From: Acidilobaceae archaeon
Lineage (GTDB): Archaea > Thermoproteota > Thermoprotei_A > Sulfolobales > Acidilobaceae
Length of the DNA: 64,000 bases
Direction: 5' to 3'
NCBI GenBank assembly: GCA_038897215.1
Contig: JAWAWX010000001.1
Coordinates: 960,001 to 1,024,000 of the forward strand
Part shown: positions 47,221 through 56,793 of the stretch, one piece after another
How the letters are laid out: every line of letters starts with the position of its first letter
Numbering within the stretch: the stretch's first letter is position 1
Notes under the pieces: generated by a model
Told to the model about the DNA's origin: nothing
The model's input: the letters and a program-made list of their open reading frames with translations, nothing else
Database searches by the model: none
Made by a program: the position numbers and the translations under genes

Positions 47221-48322
47221 GCCACGAGACTTGGCTACCGTCTATCCTAGCAACTATGTTGAAGACTCCTACTCTCTTCACGAGAGCAGCGTAGATGTTG
47301 TGAGAGTTGAGTACGCCGTAGCCCTCGACGAGGACGAGAAGAGCTCTAGCCTCGCTCCCCTCTTCTATGAAGGGAGGCTTTCTCCCTATCATCACATACG
47401 GGTTGACCATGACCGCCTTCAGGACCTCGCGTGGAACCCTCTCGCTCTTCTCCCCCTGAAGCCTAGCTAGGTAGAACGCTACTCTAGCCTCCTCCCAGAT
47501 ATCTGGAAGACTCCAGGAGGCGTTATCCGTCCCTAGAGCTAGGAGTACTCCCGCTTTCAGAGCATCTGCTATTGGCGGAGACCCTACACTATGCCAGAGA
47601 TTGGAGCGAGGGCACGCTATGAGCCCCACTCTTTTCTCAGCAATCACCTCTAAGTCTTCTCTAGATAAGTGGGTTCCGTGAACGATCGCGTCGAATCCTG
47701 CTGCTAGAGCTAGCTCGAAATCTCCCCCTCTTCTAGCCTCCACTGTTTCAGCTACGTGAGTCATAGCGGGCTTCTTGAGGCTCACTAGCTCTCTCAGCTT
47801 CTCGAGAGAGAAGCCTAGAGGACTAGCGAGACCGAGCCCTTCGCAGAACTCCGGCCATCCCGGGCCCGGTCTGCCCAGCACTAGCACCTCCAGCCCTCTC
47901 AGCTTCTTCTTAGCTAGCTGCGCTAGCCTACAGCCCTCTCCACCCCCCTCTCTGAAGTCGATCACGAGACCGAGCCCTGTTCTCCAAGAGAGGCTGTAGA
48001 GCTCCGCGATCGCCTCGACAAGCCTACCCTCGGGAGTAGACTCTAGTAGTCTATGCTTGAGCCCTCTAGGAGGAGCCACTAGCTCCTCTAGCTTCAGCTC
48101 GAGCCCGTACTCTGGGAAAGCGTGATCTGCTGAGTGCACGTGAGCATTACCAGGCTGAGGTACTAGCGCGAAGCCTCTACCACCAGTAGAGTCCTCGGGG
48201 CAAGACTCGTAACTGCTTATAGACGAGACCACACCGTTCTCTACGAATACACACTTGTCTCTAGAGGCTTCTAGCTCCTCGCCCACCAAGACAAGCCCTA
48301 CTCTAATAGCTAGACTCCTCAC
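47210..48322 (-). CDS. Metal-dependent amidohydrolase (deaminase-like)
   Basis: NAHVHSAD, DFREGG, THVAE, VHGTH, CPRSN, LGTDN. Confidence 0.88.
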   Translation of the reverse strand: MRSLAIRVGLVLVGEELEASRDKCVFVENGVVSSISSYESCPEDSTGGRGFALVPQPGNAHVHSADHAFPEYGLELKLEELVAPPRGLKHRLLESTPEGRLVEAIAELYSLSWRTGLGLVIDFREGGGEGCRLAQLAKKKLRGLEVLVLGRPGPGWPEFCEGLGLASPLGFSLEKLRELVSLKKPAMTHVAETVEARRGGDFELALAAGFDAIVHGTHLSREDLEVIAEKRVGLIACPRSNLWHSVGSPPIADALKAGVLLALGTDNASWSLPDIWEEARVAFYLARLQGEKSERVPREVLKAVMVNPYVMIGRKPPFIEEGSEARALLVLVEGYGVLNSHNIYAALVKRVGVFNIVARIDGSQVSWLRV

Positions 48323-48446
48323 TCAAACCCCCCGGGCTCTCGCTGTAGTCAAGCTATTTTTCAGTCGTGATAAAAGCTGTGGTCTCAACCTCTTCTCACT
48401 AATGCTATCCATACAGCTATGAGACCTGCTAGCACTGATATCATGA

Positions 48447-48524
48447 TGGTGGGGCCGCCGGGATTTGAACCCGGGACCACGGGGGCCCAAGCCCCGCATC
48501 CTAGCCAGGCTAGACTACGGCCCC
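48447..48524 (-). tRNA. tRNA-Pro(TGG)
   Basis: Cloverleaf, loop CT-TGG-GC, encoded CCA. Confidence 0.97.
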
Positions 48525-48525
48525 A

Positions 48526-48614
48526 TGGCGCCGGGGGCGGGATTCGAACCCGCGCGCCCCCGTGGGGGCAACGGGTCTCAAGCCCGTCCCCTTGGTCCGC
48601 TCGGGCACCCCGGC
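48526..48614 (-). tRNA. tRNA-Ser(TGA)
   Basis: Cloverleaf with long variable arm GCCCCC-ACG-GGGGC, loop CT-TGA-GA, G73, encoded CCA. Confidence 0.96.
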
Positions 48615-48704
48615 GCTCTCGAGTCTTGAGTATTAACGCCTGCTCTCTGGTTATTAGTTGAACGCGCTTGTCTAATAAGTCTTCTCGAGCGCTTCTCGAG
48701 AGGC

Positions 48705-49181
48705 TCAGGATAGCTTCGGGATCTTGATGTACACTCTGCCCGCTTGTCTTCTAGTCTCTATCCTCGATAGGTCCGCCTCTACTGGTAGCCTGTACTCGCC
48801 TCTCATCAGCCTCCTCGTTCTGTGAAATGCTCTAGCTCCAAACGCTCTAGCTATCTTCTCTCTATCTAGCTCGGCTTGCACGACTATCCTGTCTCTGTAG
48901 ACCTCTACTGTTATAGTCTCTTCTCTCGCTCCGGGGACGTCTACTACTAGGAGGTAGTGGTCTCTTCTCTCTATCAGTGTAGCCACAGGTGAGACCTCTC
49001 CTCGCATCTCTTCCTCCAGACTCTCCTCGAAGACTTTCTCGAGCTCCTCCCCGCTTTCCCTCATCTCCTCAAATAGCTCTTCTATCTCTCTCACGAATCT
49101 CTCGACGCTCTCAATGGTGTCTCTGAACTCTTTAAGCATCCTCCTCCTATAGTAGTCGAAGTCGAACACGTCGTACCTCAA
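48705..49181 (-). CDS. Small heat shock protein (Hsp20/alpha-crystallin)
   Basis: VVDVPG...E.I.V, YRLP..D, G.V.I.IPK. Confidence 0.85.
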   Translation of the reverse strand: MRYDVFDFDYYRRRMLKEFRDTIESVERFVREIEELFEEMRESGEELEKVFEESLEEEMRGEVSPVATLIERRDHYLLVVDVPGAREETITVEVYRDRIVVQAELDREKIARAFGARAFHRTRRLMRGEYRLPVEADLSRIETRRQAGRVYIKIPKLS

Positions 49182-49195
49182 GACGGGGCACCCTT

Positions 49196-49966
49196 CTAGT
49201 ACACTATCGGTAGCCTGTGCTCGTAGCTCTTACCCATTCTAGCTATCACGGGTCTAGCCTCCTTCATCACCTCTCTAAGCTTCAGCCTTACCAGCTCCCC
49301 TTCTTTGACCAGCTCGTCGACAGGAACCTCTATCCCGGAGATCTTGGAGAAGACTCTGAGAGCCTCAGCTGCAGCCTCCGGGTCGGGTATGTCTAGGTAG
49401 GAGTCTGCCATTAAGAGCAGGTAGTTGAGTCTTTTTCTCAAAGCTTCTTTAAGCATAACAGCGTAGGGCCCTACTATGAAGCCCTCTCTGGCTTTAGAGG
49501 CGTTCTCCACGTTCTCGAACATCTTGTCGAGCGAGGGGTTAGATGACACCCAGTATACTCTAGGCTTCTCTAGCTCTGCTCTATCCGGGGTAGCTGTTCC
49601 AGTAAAGCCTACTATCGTGTCGACCCCCTTTAGTCTAGCGTACTCTATGAGAGCTAGCGAGAGAGCTATGGCTGCACGGCTACTCAAGACTATATCCGTG
49701 ATGGCTACTAGTAGCCTATCGTCTCCATAGACTCTTATCGGGCATACGTTCTCCCCCTCTCTCACGACCGCGACAGGCGGGAGTAGCACGTAGCTATCTA
49801 TCCCAACCTTGTCTTTCAACTGGAAGCTCTTCACTAAATGCATAGCAGCAATCTGACCAACGAGACCCACGTCGGGCAATCCTACGATCATGTATTTAGG
49901 TCTACCTACTTCATGGAATTCTCTGAAGATGAAGCCCTCGATCTCCTCCTCATAGACGGGAGTCAA
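49196..49966 (-). CDS. Proteasome assembly chaperone (PAC2 family)
   Basis: IVGLPDVGLVG.IA..HLV, PIRVY, IVGP, PDPEAAA, C-terminal IVY (HbYX-like). Confidence 0.88.
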   Translation of the reverse strand: MTPVYEEEIEGFIFREFHEVGRPKYMIVGLPDVGLVGQIAAMHLVKSFQLKDKVGIDSYVLLPPVAVVREGENVCPIRVYGDDRLLVAITDIVLSSRAAIALSLALIEYARLKGVDTIVGFTGTATPDRAELEKPRVYWVSSNPSLDKMFENVENASKAREGFIVGPYAVMLKEALRKRLNYLLLMADSYLDIPDPEAAAEALRVFSKISGIEVPVDELVKEGELVRLKLREVMKEARPVIARMGKSYEHRLPIVY

Positions 49967-50028
49967 CTCTAGGCGCCTCCAGCACAGCATAATAGTCTCT
50001 AAAGCCTAAATAATACGAGGTGCTCTTC

Positions 50029-50268
50029 TTGCCTCTTAGAGTGGAGATAGCTCCTAGAGACTCCTGCATATCAGACATGGTGTGCGTAGTCCTCTGCCCC
50101 GAGGTCTTCGTGATAGAGAGGAGTGATGGGAGAGCAGCGATTAGAGCCTCCTTCAGGCTACAGGAGAGCGATCCTTCTCGAGGAGCTGTTAGCAGCGACC
50201 TAGCCTATTGTGTTGAAGCTGCTGCCGAGAACTGCCCGGTTGAGATAATAAGGGTGGTGCGGGAGTGA
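50029..50268 (+). CDS. Monocluster ferredoxin
   Basis: CISDMVC...CPEVF...AAENCPVEII; TTG 50029 after GAGGTG. Confidence 0.9.
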   Translation: MPLRVEIAPRDSCISDMVCVVLCPEVFVIERSDGRAAIRASFRLQESDPSRGAVSSDLAYCVEAAAENCPVEIIRVVRE

Positions 50269-51035
50269 GGATAATCTCGGTCGATATAGGCGATTTCGAT
50301 AGACTCTTCTACCCAGTAGTCCCACTGATAGTTCTAGCTGAGCACGAGGGAGTTGTTGACGCAATGGTTGCGACTTGGTGGGCGTCAGTCTCCTACAACC
50401 CTCCCAGGCTAGCTGTCTCTATAGCTCCAGAGAGGCTCACGTATAGGCTCATAGCTGAGTCCGGTAGATTCGGCGTCTCGGCTGTCAGCGTTGAGTATTT
50501 CGATAGACTACTCTTCCTAGGAGACTTCTCGGGTAGGTTTTTGAGAGATAAGGTTGAGCGGTCGGGCTTCACTATAGTCAGAGGCTCTGCTCTAGGAGTG
50601 CCCATGATAGGTGAGGCTTACGCTTCGGCAGAGCTCAAGGTATGGAGGATTATCGATGTTGGAGACCACGACTTAGTCATCGGCGATGTAGTTGCAGTCT
50701 ACGGGCTCTCCTCTTTTAAGGGAGTCTGGAGGATAGAGGACTTCAAACCTATACTCTACCTTGGGAGAGTTAGAGAGCCGGGGCTCAAGAGAGCCTATAT
50801 CGATATAGAGAAAGCGAGAACAGCGATAGCTGAAGTGAGGTACGATGAGAGTCTGATGGAGGCTAGAGAAGCTAGGAGAAGATTGCTAGACGAAGTCTCA
50901 TCGGTAGTGGAGACCTCGCCGAGCCTCGAGGAGGCGGAGAGAAGAGTAGTCGAGACTGTGAAGAGATACGGGCTCGATGAGAGAGACGCGCGCTATCTAC
51001 TCAAGGAGGCTCTAAAGAGGCTGAAGACTGTGTAA
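50265..51035 (+). CDS. Flavin reductase-like FMN-binding protein
   Basis: VSYNPP..VSI...R.T..LI..SG.F, SGR..DK, GDHDL.IG.V, PILYLG. Confidence 0.88.
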   Translation: MRIISVDIGDFDRLFYPVVPLIVLAEHEGVVDAMVATWWASVSYNPPRLAVSIAPERLTYRLIAESGRFGVSAVSVEYFDRLLFLGDFSGRFLRDKVERSGFTIVRGSALGVPMIGEAYASAELKVWRIIDVGDHDLVIGDVVAVYGLSSFKGVWRIEDFKPILYLGRVREPGLKRAYIDIEKARTAIAEVRYDESLMEAREARRRLLDEVSSVVETSPSLEEAERRVVETVKRYGLDERDARYLLKEALKRLKTV

Positions 51036-51087
51036 CGGCTGCTCTTCAATCGCTCTCCTAGGCTAGCCTGCTTGTCTGCGATCTCCG

Positions 51088-51717
51088 CTAGTCTTGAGGT
51101 ATCGCTGGCGCTCTAGGTAGCAACCCCTTGCCCTGAAGACCTGAGAACATTATAGATGTAGCTAGAGCTGCTAGAAGGAAGCTCAAGAATTTCTCTATCA
51201 ACACCATGCCCTGAGACCCTATGAGCTTCGTTATCTTCTCTCCTAGAGAGAACACTACATAGACTATCACTGCGTTTACTACAACAGCTAGGATGGCTAC
51301 TGGGAGCCCGTAGGTGTATTTTATGAATAGAGTCACGGATGTCGCAGCTGGCCCTGCTAGCAGTGGAGTAGCTAGAGGAACTATCGCTGCCTCTTCTCCA
51401 CCGCTCCTAGAGCCTCCTAGCTCTACTCCTAGTAGAGATGCTACCGCGTAGACTAGGAGCACTACTCCAGCAGCTATCTTGAAGTCTTCAAAGCTTATGT
51501 TGAAGAGCCCGAATAGGAGGTCTCCTAGTAGAGCGAAAGCTAGCAGGAACGATGTCATGGCTACTACCGTGGTTCTGAGAAGTGCTGGCCTACGAGTCGC
51601 ATCGTATCTACTCGCTATAGCCTGATAGTATGGGGTTACCGCTATCGGGTCTAAGACTATGAAGAGCATAACGATTGGCTTGATGTAGTAGAGTAGCTCG
51701 CTGAACTCTAGGAGCAT
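51088..51717 (-). CDS. MarC family membrane protein
   Basis: LFIVLDP, F.IAAG..L, IVPLATPLLAGPA. Confidence 0.92.
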   Translation of the reverse strand: MLLEFSELLYYIKPIVMLFIVLDPIAVTPYYQAIASRYDATRRPALLRTTVVAMTSFLLAFALLGDLLFGLFNISFEDFKIAAGVVLLVYAVASLLGVELGGSRSGGEEAAIVPLATPLLAGPAATSVTLFIKYTYGLPVAILAVVVNAVIVYVVFSLGEKITKLIGSQGMVLIEKFLSFLLAALATSIMFSGLQGKGLLPRAPAIPQD

Positions 51718-51733
51718 CGAGCGCTCCCCGCTT

Positions 51734-53089
51734 CTAAGCGACTACTCTAACCTCGTCGATGAGAAGCGGTGGAGCGTAGATAACGCCAGCTCCCTCAAGC
51801 TCTCTACCTACAGCGAGGAGCTTGGAGCCCAGCATCTCGTAGAAGTCTCCTGAGACCATGCCGCTAACCACTGCTCCCTTGACTTCACCGTTTTCAATGT
51901 AGTCAGCGTTAGTGATAGTAGCGCTGAGATAGCCTCTCGTATAGTCTGAAAGCCACTCTCCTATCACCGAGTATACCACCAGTCCTCTCTTAACGTCTCC
52001 GATTAGCGACTCGAGAGGCTCGCTTCCAGGCTCTAGGATTAGGTTTAGTGGAGCAGGCTCGGGCATAGAGGAGATCTTGGGTCTCACAGCGTTGCCTGTC
52101 GACTCTACCCCCTCTATGCTAGCTGTCCAGGTATCGTATAGAGGGGTTTTGAAGACTCCTTTCTCGACGACTATCGTTCGTCTAGACTCGACGCCCTCAT
52201 CGTCGAATCCTCTCGACCCTAGTGCCGCCTCTACTGTCGCATCATCTAGCACTGTGACCCGCTCGTCTAGCACTCTCTCTCCGAGTCTCCCCGCGAGAGG
52301 AGACCTCTTCTTCTGTATCGCGAGAGCCGAGATAGAGGGGGCTAGGAGAGCGTCTAGTATGCTAGCTGAGACCTTTGGAGCTAGGAGTACTCGCAGTACT
52401 CCAGTCTCTACCTTAGTCCTCCGTAGCCCGGCTAGACTCCTATCAGCTAGGCGTGCGGCTAGCCTCTCTACGTGTAGGTCGCTCAGCCTCCTCACAGTAC
52501 TCTCTTCCCAGAACGCTGATTCCAGTCCAGCGTCTCTAGCCACACCCATGCAGACTAGTGTGAGCCACGTGCTCTCCTCAGCTACCACTTCTCTCTGAGT
52601 GTTGGCTACGAGTCTCGCTACCACGCGAGAGCTGATAGAGCCTCTAGCGACCTCAACTCTTCCTCTGCTCGCGCTCTCTACATCTACCACGAGTTTCTCC
52701 AGAATACCTGCCATAGTCTCGGATGAAGAGCTCACGATAGCCTCGTCGTAGATGCCTCTCGGCTTGCTGGAGGAGAGACCTCGAGGTAGCGCTCTCGGAG
52801 CACTGCTATCTCCGCGCGCTTTACACATGCTGAGAGCTCTCTCGACAAGCGTCTCTACGTCTCTAACCCCCGAGACTACTCCCCCGACAACACTCACTCC
52901 TCTACCGCAGGATACTCTGGTAGCTAGGCTCACAACCACTCCCGCTTTTGAGAGCTCGATTGAGCCTCTGAGGAGACGCATGCTTCTCTCTCTAGCGTAG
53001 ACAGCGTAGACTTCTGCTTCAAGAGCTCCCATGGCTTCAGCTCTCTTGATTGCTACCTCCGAGAGCTCTACCAGGCTAGCGACCACCAA
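51734..53089 (-). CDS. pmbA: TldE/PmbA family protein (non-catalytic partner)
   Basis: FDDEG, STGNA, lacks HExxxH; adjacent to tldD. Confidence 0.88.
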   Translation of the reverse strand: MVVASLVELSEVAIKRAEAMGALEAEVYAVYARERSMRLLRGSIELSKAGVVVSLATRVSCGRGVSVVGGVVSGVRDVETLVERALSMCKARGDSSAPRALPRGLSSSKPRGIYDEAIVSSSSETMAGILEKLVVDVESASRGRVEVARGSISSRVVARLVANTQREVVAEESTWLTLVCMGVARDAGLESAFWEESTVRRLSDLHVERLAARLADRSLAGLRRTKVETGVLRVLLAPKVSASILDALLAPSISALAIQKKRSPLAGRLGERVLDERVTVLDDATVEAALGSRGFDDEGVESRRTIVVEKGVFKTPLYDTWTASIEGVESTGNAVRPKISSMPEPAPLNLILEPGSEPLESLIGDVKRGLVVYSVIGEWLSDYTRGYLSATITNADYIENGEVKGAVVSGMVSGDFYEMLGSKLLAVGRELEGAGVIYAPPLLIDEVRVVA

Positions 53090-54461
53090 CCATTACACCC
53101 TCTACCCTAACGTGGGGACCGCCTAAGCCTACTCTAACCACCTGCCCCTCCTTGCCGCAACCCCCGAAAACGCTGGTTCTCACTCTGAGGTCTCTGCCTA
53201 CAGCCTTGACTCTAGAGAGGAAGTCGAGTATCCTGCCTGAGATGAGTGCTCCTCTAACGAGCTCCACCACCTCCCCTCTCTTCACGAGATAGGAGGGTCC
53301 AGCGTAGAAGGTGAAAGCACCCGTGGCTGAATCCACCTCACCCCCGCCTCCCCCCATCCCCCTCAGGTAGATCCCGTCGAGGTCTTCGAAGAGCTCTTCT
53401 AGCCTGTAGTCTCCTGGAGCTATGTAGAAGTTGGTTTGTCTCACTAGCGGGGAGGATGTGAAGCCTGACGCTCTAGCATTCCCTGTAGTCTTGAGGCCCA
53501 GGCTTCTAGCCACACTCCTGCTAGTCAGGTACTCTCTCAAGACTCCTCTATCTACGACTACAACTCTCCTCTTAACCACACCCTCTTCGTCGAAGAGCAC
53601 AGGATATCCTCCATCTACCATGCCGTCATCGATTACAGTGACCTGCTCCGATGCTATCTTCTCTCCGAGCTTGCCTGAGAGAACTGAGGCCCCTGCTGCT
53701 ACGAGGTCTCCTTCAGCTGCGTGTCCTAGAGCTTCGTGAATAACCGTGCCTACTAGGTCGTTATCGATAACAGCATCGTAGACTCCTGTTGGAGGCATCC
53801 TGGCTTGAGAAGCCTTCACAGCTATCTCCGTGACCTCTGAAGTGAAGCTCCTCCAATCAAAGCTCCTTATCTTCTCCCAGCCTCCCTCGAAGCTCTTCGA
53901 GTCTCTGACTTTCTCCGCTACTCCCGCTGTCTTTGCTACAACGCTGTGAGCTATGCCTACTAGCGTGACTTCTCTCCAGGAGACTGTGCCGTCTAGCCTC
54001 GCTACTAGAACGTAGTCTCTCTCTACTCCCAGAGTCGTAGTGACCGATGCGACCCCCTGGGTCTCCAGCGACTCTCTATTCAGGTCTCTGACTAGCTCTA
54101 TCTTCTCCTCGGGGTCTACTGCTAGAGGGTCTTCTACCACGACACTCCTATACTCTACTCTCCTAGGCTCGACCTCGGCGAGAGCCCAGCTTCTAGCTGG
54201 GAGAGCTGATTCTACGGCTAGTCTCGCAGCCTCTCTAGCCGAGTCCCAGTCTAGAGTTGAGGTGTAGGCTAAGCCTCTGCCTTTCTCCGTGTAGACCTCA
54301 ACAGTGAGCCCCGAGGAGGTAGTGTAGCTGTGTTCTCTCAAGTAGCCGCTATCGACCGAGACTAGCTCATGCTCCGTCCTATGGACTCTAACAACTGCGT
54401 CTACAGCTCCCAGAGAGCCAGCCAGCTTGGCTACTCTCTCGGCTAAATCAGCGTAGAGCAT
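53076..54461 (-). CDS. tldD: TldD family metalloprotease
   Basis: HEALGHAAEGD, DEEG, TGNARA, RQTN, GCGK.GQ...VG.GGPH. Confidence 0.92.
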   Translation of the reverse strand: MLYADLAERVAKLAGSLGAVDAVVRVHRTEHELVSVDSGYLREHSYTTSSGLTVEVYTEKGRGLAYTSTLDWDSAREAARLAVESALPARSWALAEVEPRRVEYRSVVVEDPLAVDPEEKIELVRDLNRESLETQGVASVTTTLGVERDYVLVARLDGTVSWREVTLVGIAHSVVAKTAGVAEKVRDSKSFEGGWEKIRSFDWRSFTSEVTEIAVKASQARMPPTGVYDAVIDNDLVGTVIHEALGHAAEGDLVAAGASVLSGKLGEKIASEQVTVIDDGMVDGGYPVLFDEEGVVKRRVVVVDRGVLREYLTSRSVARSLGLKTTGNARASGFTSSPLVRQTNFYIAPGDYRLEELFEDLDGIYLRGMGGGGGEVDSATGAFTFYAGPSYLVKRGEVVELVRGALISGRILDFLSRVKAVGRDLRVRTSVFGGCGKEGQVVRVGLGGPHVRVEGVMVGGR

Positions 54462-54545
54462 CTCACGAGCACCCCTGAGTTATCGCCAATCTTAAGCTTA
54501 TATACGTGAGCCTGCTGTAACACGCGCGAGGAGGGAGCGCACGTA

Positions 54546-54863
54546 TTGGTTAGCGATAAGGCTATCGGTATCACCTTAGTAGCAGTGTCTCTCGTAGTCA
54601 TACTGCTCTACGCTTGGCTACTATTCCTGCCCCCCGACGTGAGAGTGCTTGGTAGAGAGCTCTCCGGAGAAGAGGTCTCAATGCTTGTAATCAAGGCTAC
54701 AGTGATGGCTGGAGTTCTGGTAGTCTTCGGTCTCGTAGCCTGGATAGGCTACACTCTAGCCACGACACCTCCCCCCAAGCCTATAGAGGAGATCGAGAGA
54801 GAGATAGAGGATGAGCTGAGGAAGCTCGGGTCGTCGAGAGGCAGCGAGAGAGAGCTGAAATGA
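54546..54863 (+). CDS. Conserved two-TM small protein, DPM2-like pattern
   Basis: TM1 DKAIG..LVAVSL....YAW.LFLP; TM2 ending WIGYTLATTPPPKPIEEIE. Confidence 0.7.
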   Translation: MVSDKAIGITLVAVSLVVILLYAWLLFLPPDVRVLGRELSGEEVSMLVIKATVMAGVLVVFGLVAWIGYTLATTPPPKPIEEIEREIEDELRKLGSSRGSERELK

Positions 54864-55990
54864 GAGCTGTGGGCGTAGACCCGGGGACGGGTAGCTTCGA
54901 CGTAGTAGCTGTCGAGGACGGTAGAGTAGTCAGCTCTCGCTCGATACCAACGGATAGAGTGGCGAGAGAGCCGGAGCTCTTGGTGGAGCTCGTTCTATCT
55001 CTCGACGCTGACGTGATCGTAGCCCCCTCAGGCTACGGGGTTCCAGTCACTAGAGGAGACGAGGTCCTAGACGCTAGGAGATTCGCTCTAGAGGTTCTAC
55101 TCTTGTCTAGCGAGAGCGACGTTAACCGGGGGGTTAGCGGGGGAGAGTTCGGAGTCCTAGTCTACGACGCTCTAGCCAAGACAGTCGAAGCTCTCCTAGA
55201 GAGAGCTCGCTCCAAGACTATATTCATACCCTCAGTCATCCTCCTCCCCACAGTGCCCTGGTGGAGGAAGATAAACAAGATAGACATGGGGACAGCGGAC
55301 AAGCTAGCCTCAGCCTACCTAGCCGTGTACGAGCTCCAGGAGAGAGAGGGGGGCTTCGAGAAAGTGAACGCTGTAGTAGCAGAGCTAGGCTTCGGCTACA
55401 ACGCCGCGGTAGCCGTGAGGAGAGGGCTGATCGTCGACGGAGTGGGAGGGACCATGGCCTCAACCGGGGTGATTACAGCGGGTTGCCTAGACTTGGAGGT
55501 AGTAGCTGGAGCCGGTTGCTGGAGCAGATGGGATATCCTGAAGGGGGGGCTAGCCGAGCTCGGAGCAATCTCTCTCGAGAAAGCTGGGAGCGAAGTCTTG
55601 GAGGCTTATGCTGAAAACGTGGCGAAAGACGTGGCTAAAGCCTTAGTCTCGACTCCCGAGGCTGAGATAGTCGTTGTGACGGGCAGGCACGCTAGAGTCG
55701 AGGAGGTCCGCAAGCTTCTACAAGAGAAGCTCCGAGACGTCCAGGTAGTCGAGCTGAGAGGGCTACCCGGAGCCGGGAGCGTCAAGGAGGCCGCTCAAGG
55801 CTACGCTCTCCTAGGCTTAGACCTAGCCGGAGGGCTGGAGGAGAGGCTGGCGAGCAGGATGAGGATAGATGAGGCTTGCGGGACCGTGGCTGACCACCTC
55901 ATCCACCCTAGAGCCGCTGAGCTCAAGAGGAGGATTAGAGAGAGCTACTCCTCTACTGTGGCTAAGCCCCGTTTCTGCCATTCAATCTGA
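54860..55990 (+). CDS. DUF1464 family protein (ASKHA kinase fold)
   Basis: GVDPGTGSFD, APSGYG, K.NKIDMGTADK, ELGFGY, IVDG.GGT, KEAAQG.A. Confidence 0.85.
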   Translation: MRAVGVDPGTGSFDVVAVEDGRVVSSRSIPTDRVAREPELLVELVLSLDADVIVAPSGYGVPVTRGDEVLDARRFALEVLLLSSESDVNRGVSGGEFGVLVYDALAKTVEALLERARSKTIFIPSVILLPTVPWWRKINKIDMGTADKLASAYLAVYELQEREGGFEKVNAVVAELGFGYNAAVAVRRGLIVDGVGGTMASTGVITAGCLDLEVVAGAGCWSRWDILKGGLAELGAISLEKAGSEVLEAYAENVAKDVAKALVSTPEAEIVVVTGRHARVEEVRKLLQEKLRDVQVVELRGLPGAGSVKEAAQGYALLGLDLAGGLEERLASRMRIDEACGTVADHLIHPRAAELKRRIRESYSSTVAKPRFCHSI

Positions 55991-56164
55991 GTAAACGCGT
56001 GCAAAGAAGAGGGGCTTTTGCCATCTCTTGAATTCAAGGAAGAGAACTTCAGCCCTGGTCGTGGCGCTTTCGTCTATCTCTGAACCCCCGTAGCCTCTTG
56101 GGCCCTTCATTCTATGCCATCCGTGTGGTAGCAGACATTAACGGAGATATGCTCGCTTTCCCCG

Positions 56165-56692
56165 CTATCTCTCGACGTCTTCTAGTAGCTTTAGCTGCTT
56201 TGATGAAATTCTATGCTCGAGAGCTATGACTACCTCTCTCCAGGCTCTGATCGTCTTCTCCAGGCTTCTCTCTGAAGCCCCAGCTTTTCTCGAAGCCTCC
56301 TTTACGGCTCTCGACTTAGAGTAGCCGCTGAGCCTTAGATACAGGTATAGCGCTAGCGCTACTCTCACTCTCAGCTTTCTCGGCTTTAGCAGAGGGTGCT
56401 TGGTGATCTCTACGAGGATCTCGTAGACTTCTCTGCTACTCCTAAGCACTCCTAGAGCCTTCTTGTTCACCACAGAGGCTAGAGGATCGGCTCTGGCTTC
56501 TTCCAGGAGCCTGGGGAGCCCACGAAGAGCTCTCTGCTCTCTCCTAGCTTGCCTAGTCTCGTTCTCAGCGTACTGAGGCCTGTCGTCTAGCAGGTGCTCT
56601 GCGACTACTGCTCCGCACGAGGAGCAGACCACGTTACCGTAGAACTCATCCCACACCAGGCTAGTGCTCGAGCAGTACGGGCATCTAGCCAT
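56165..56692 (-). CDS. Truncated TFB paralogue (TFB3-like): C4 Zn ribbon plus short helical domain
   Basis: CPYC....VWD...G.VVCSSCGAV....DD; 175 aa; no EWR B-reader. Confidence 0.75.
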   Translation of the reverse strand: MARCPYCSSTSLVWDEFYGNVVCSSCGAVVAEHLLDDRPQYAENETRQARREQRALRGLPRLLEEARADPLASVVNKKALGVLRSSREVYEILVEITKHPLLKPRKLRVRVALALYLYLRLSGYSKSRAVKEASRKAGASERSLEKTIRAWREVVIALEHRISSKQLKLLEDVER

Positions 56693-56793
56693 GAGAGTTC
56701 TCCGCGTTACTCGAGGCGAGCTGGAGATAGATGAGTGGAGCTGGGAGGAGAGCCCAGTCTCTCTCGGGCGTCGCTGGAAGTAATCCTAGCGCT

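Noticed and set aside
56045-56115. Minus-strand C/D-like pattern (CAGA, AGACGA, CTGA)
   Set aside because: No properly spaced C box and no identifiable target
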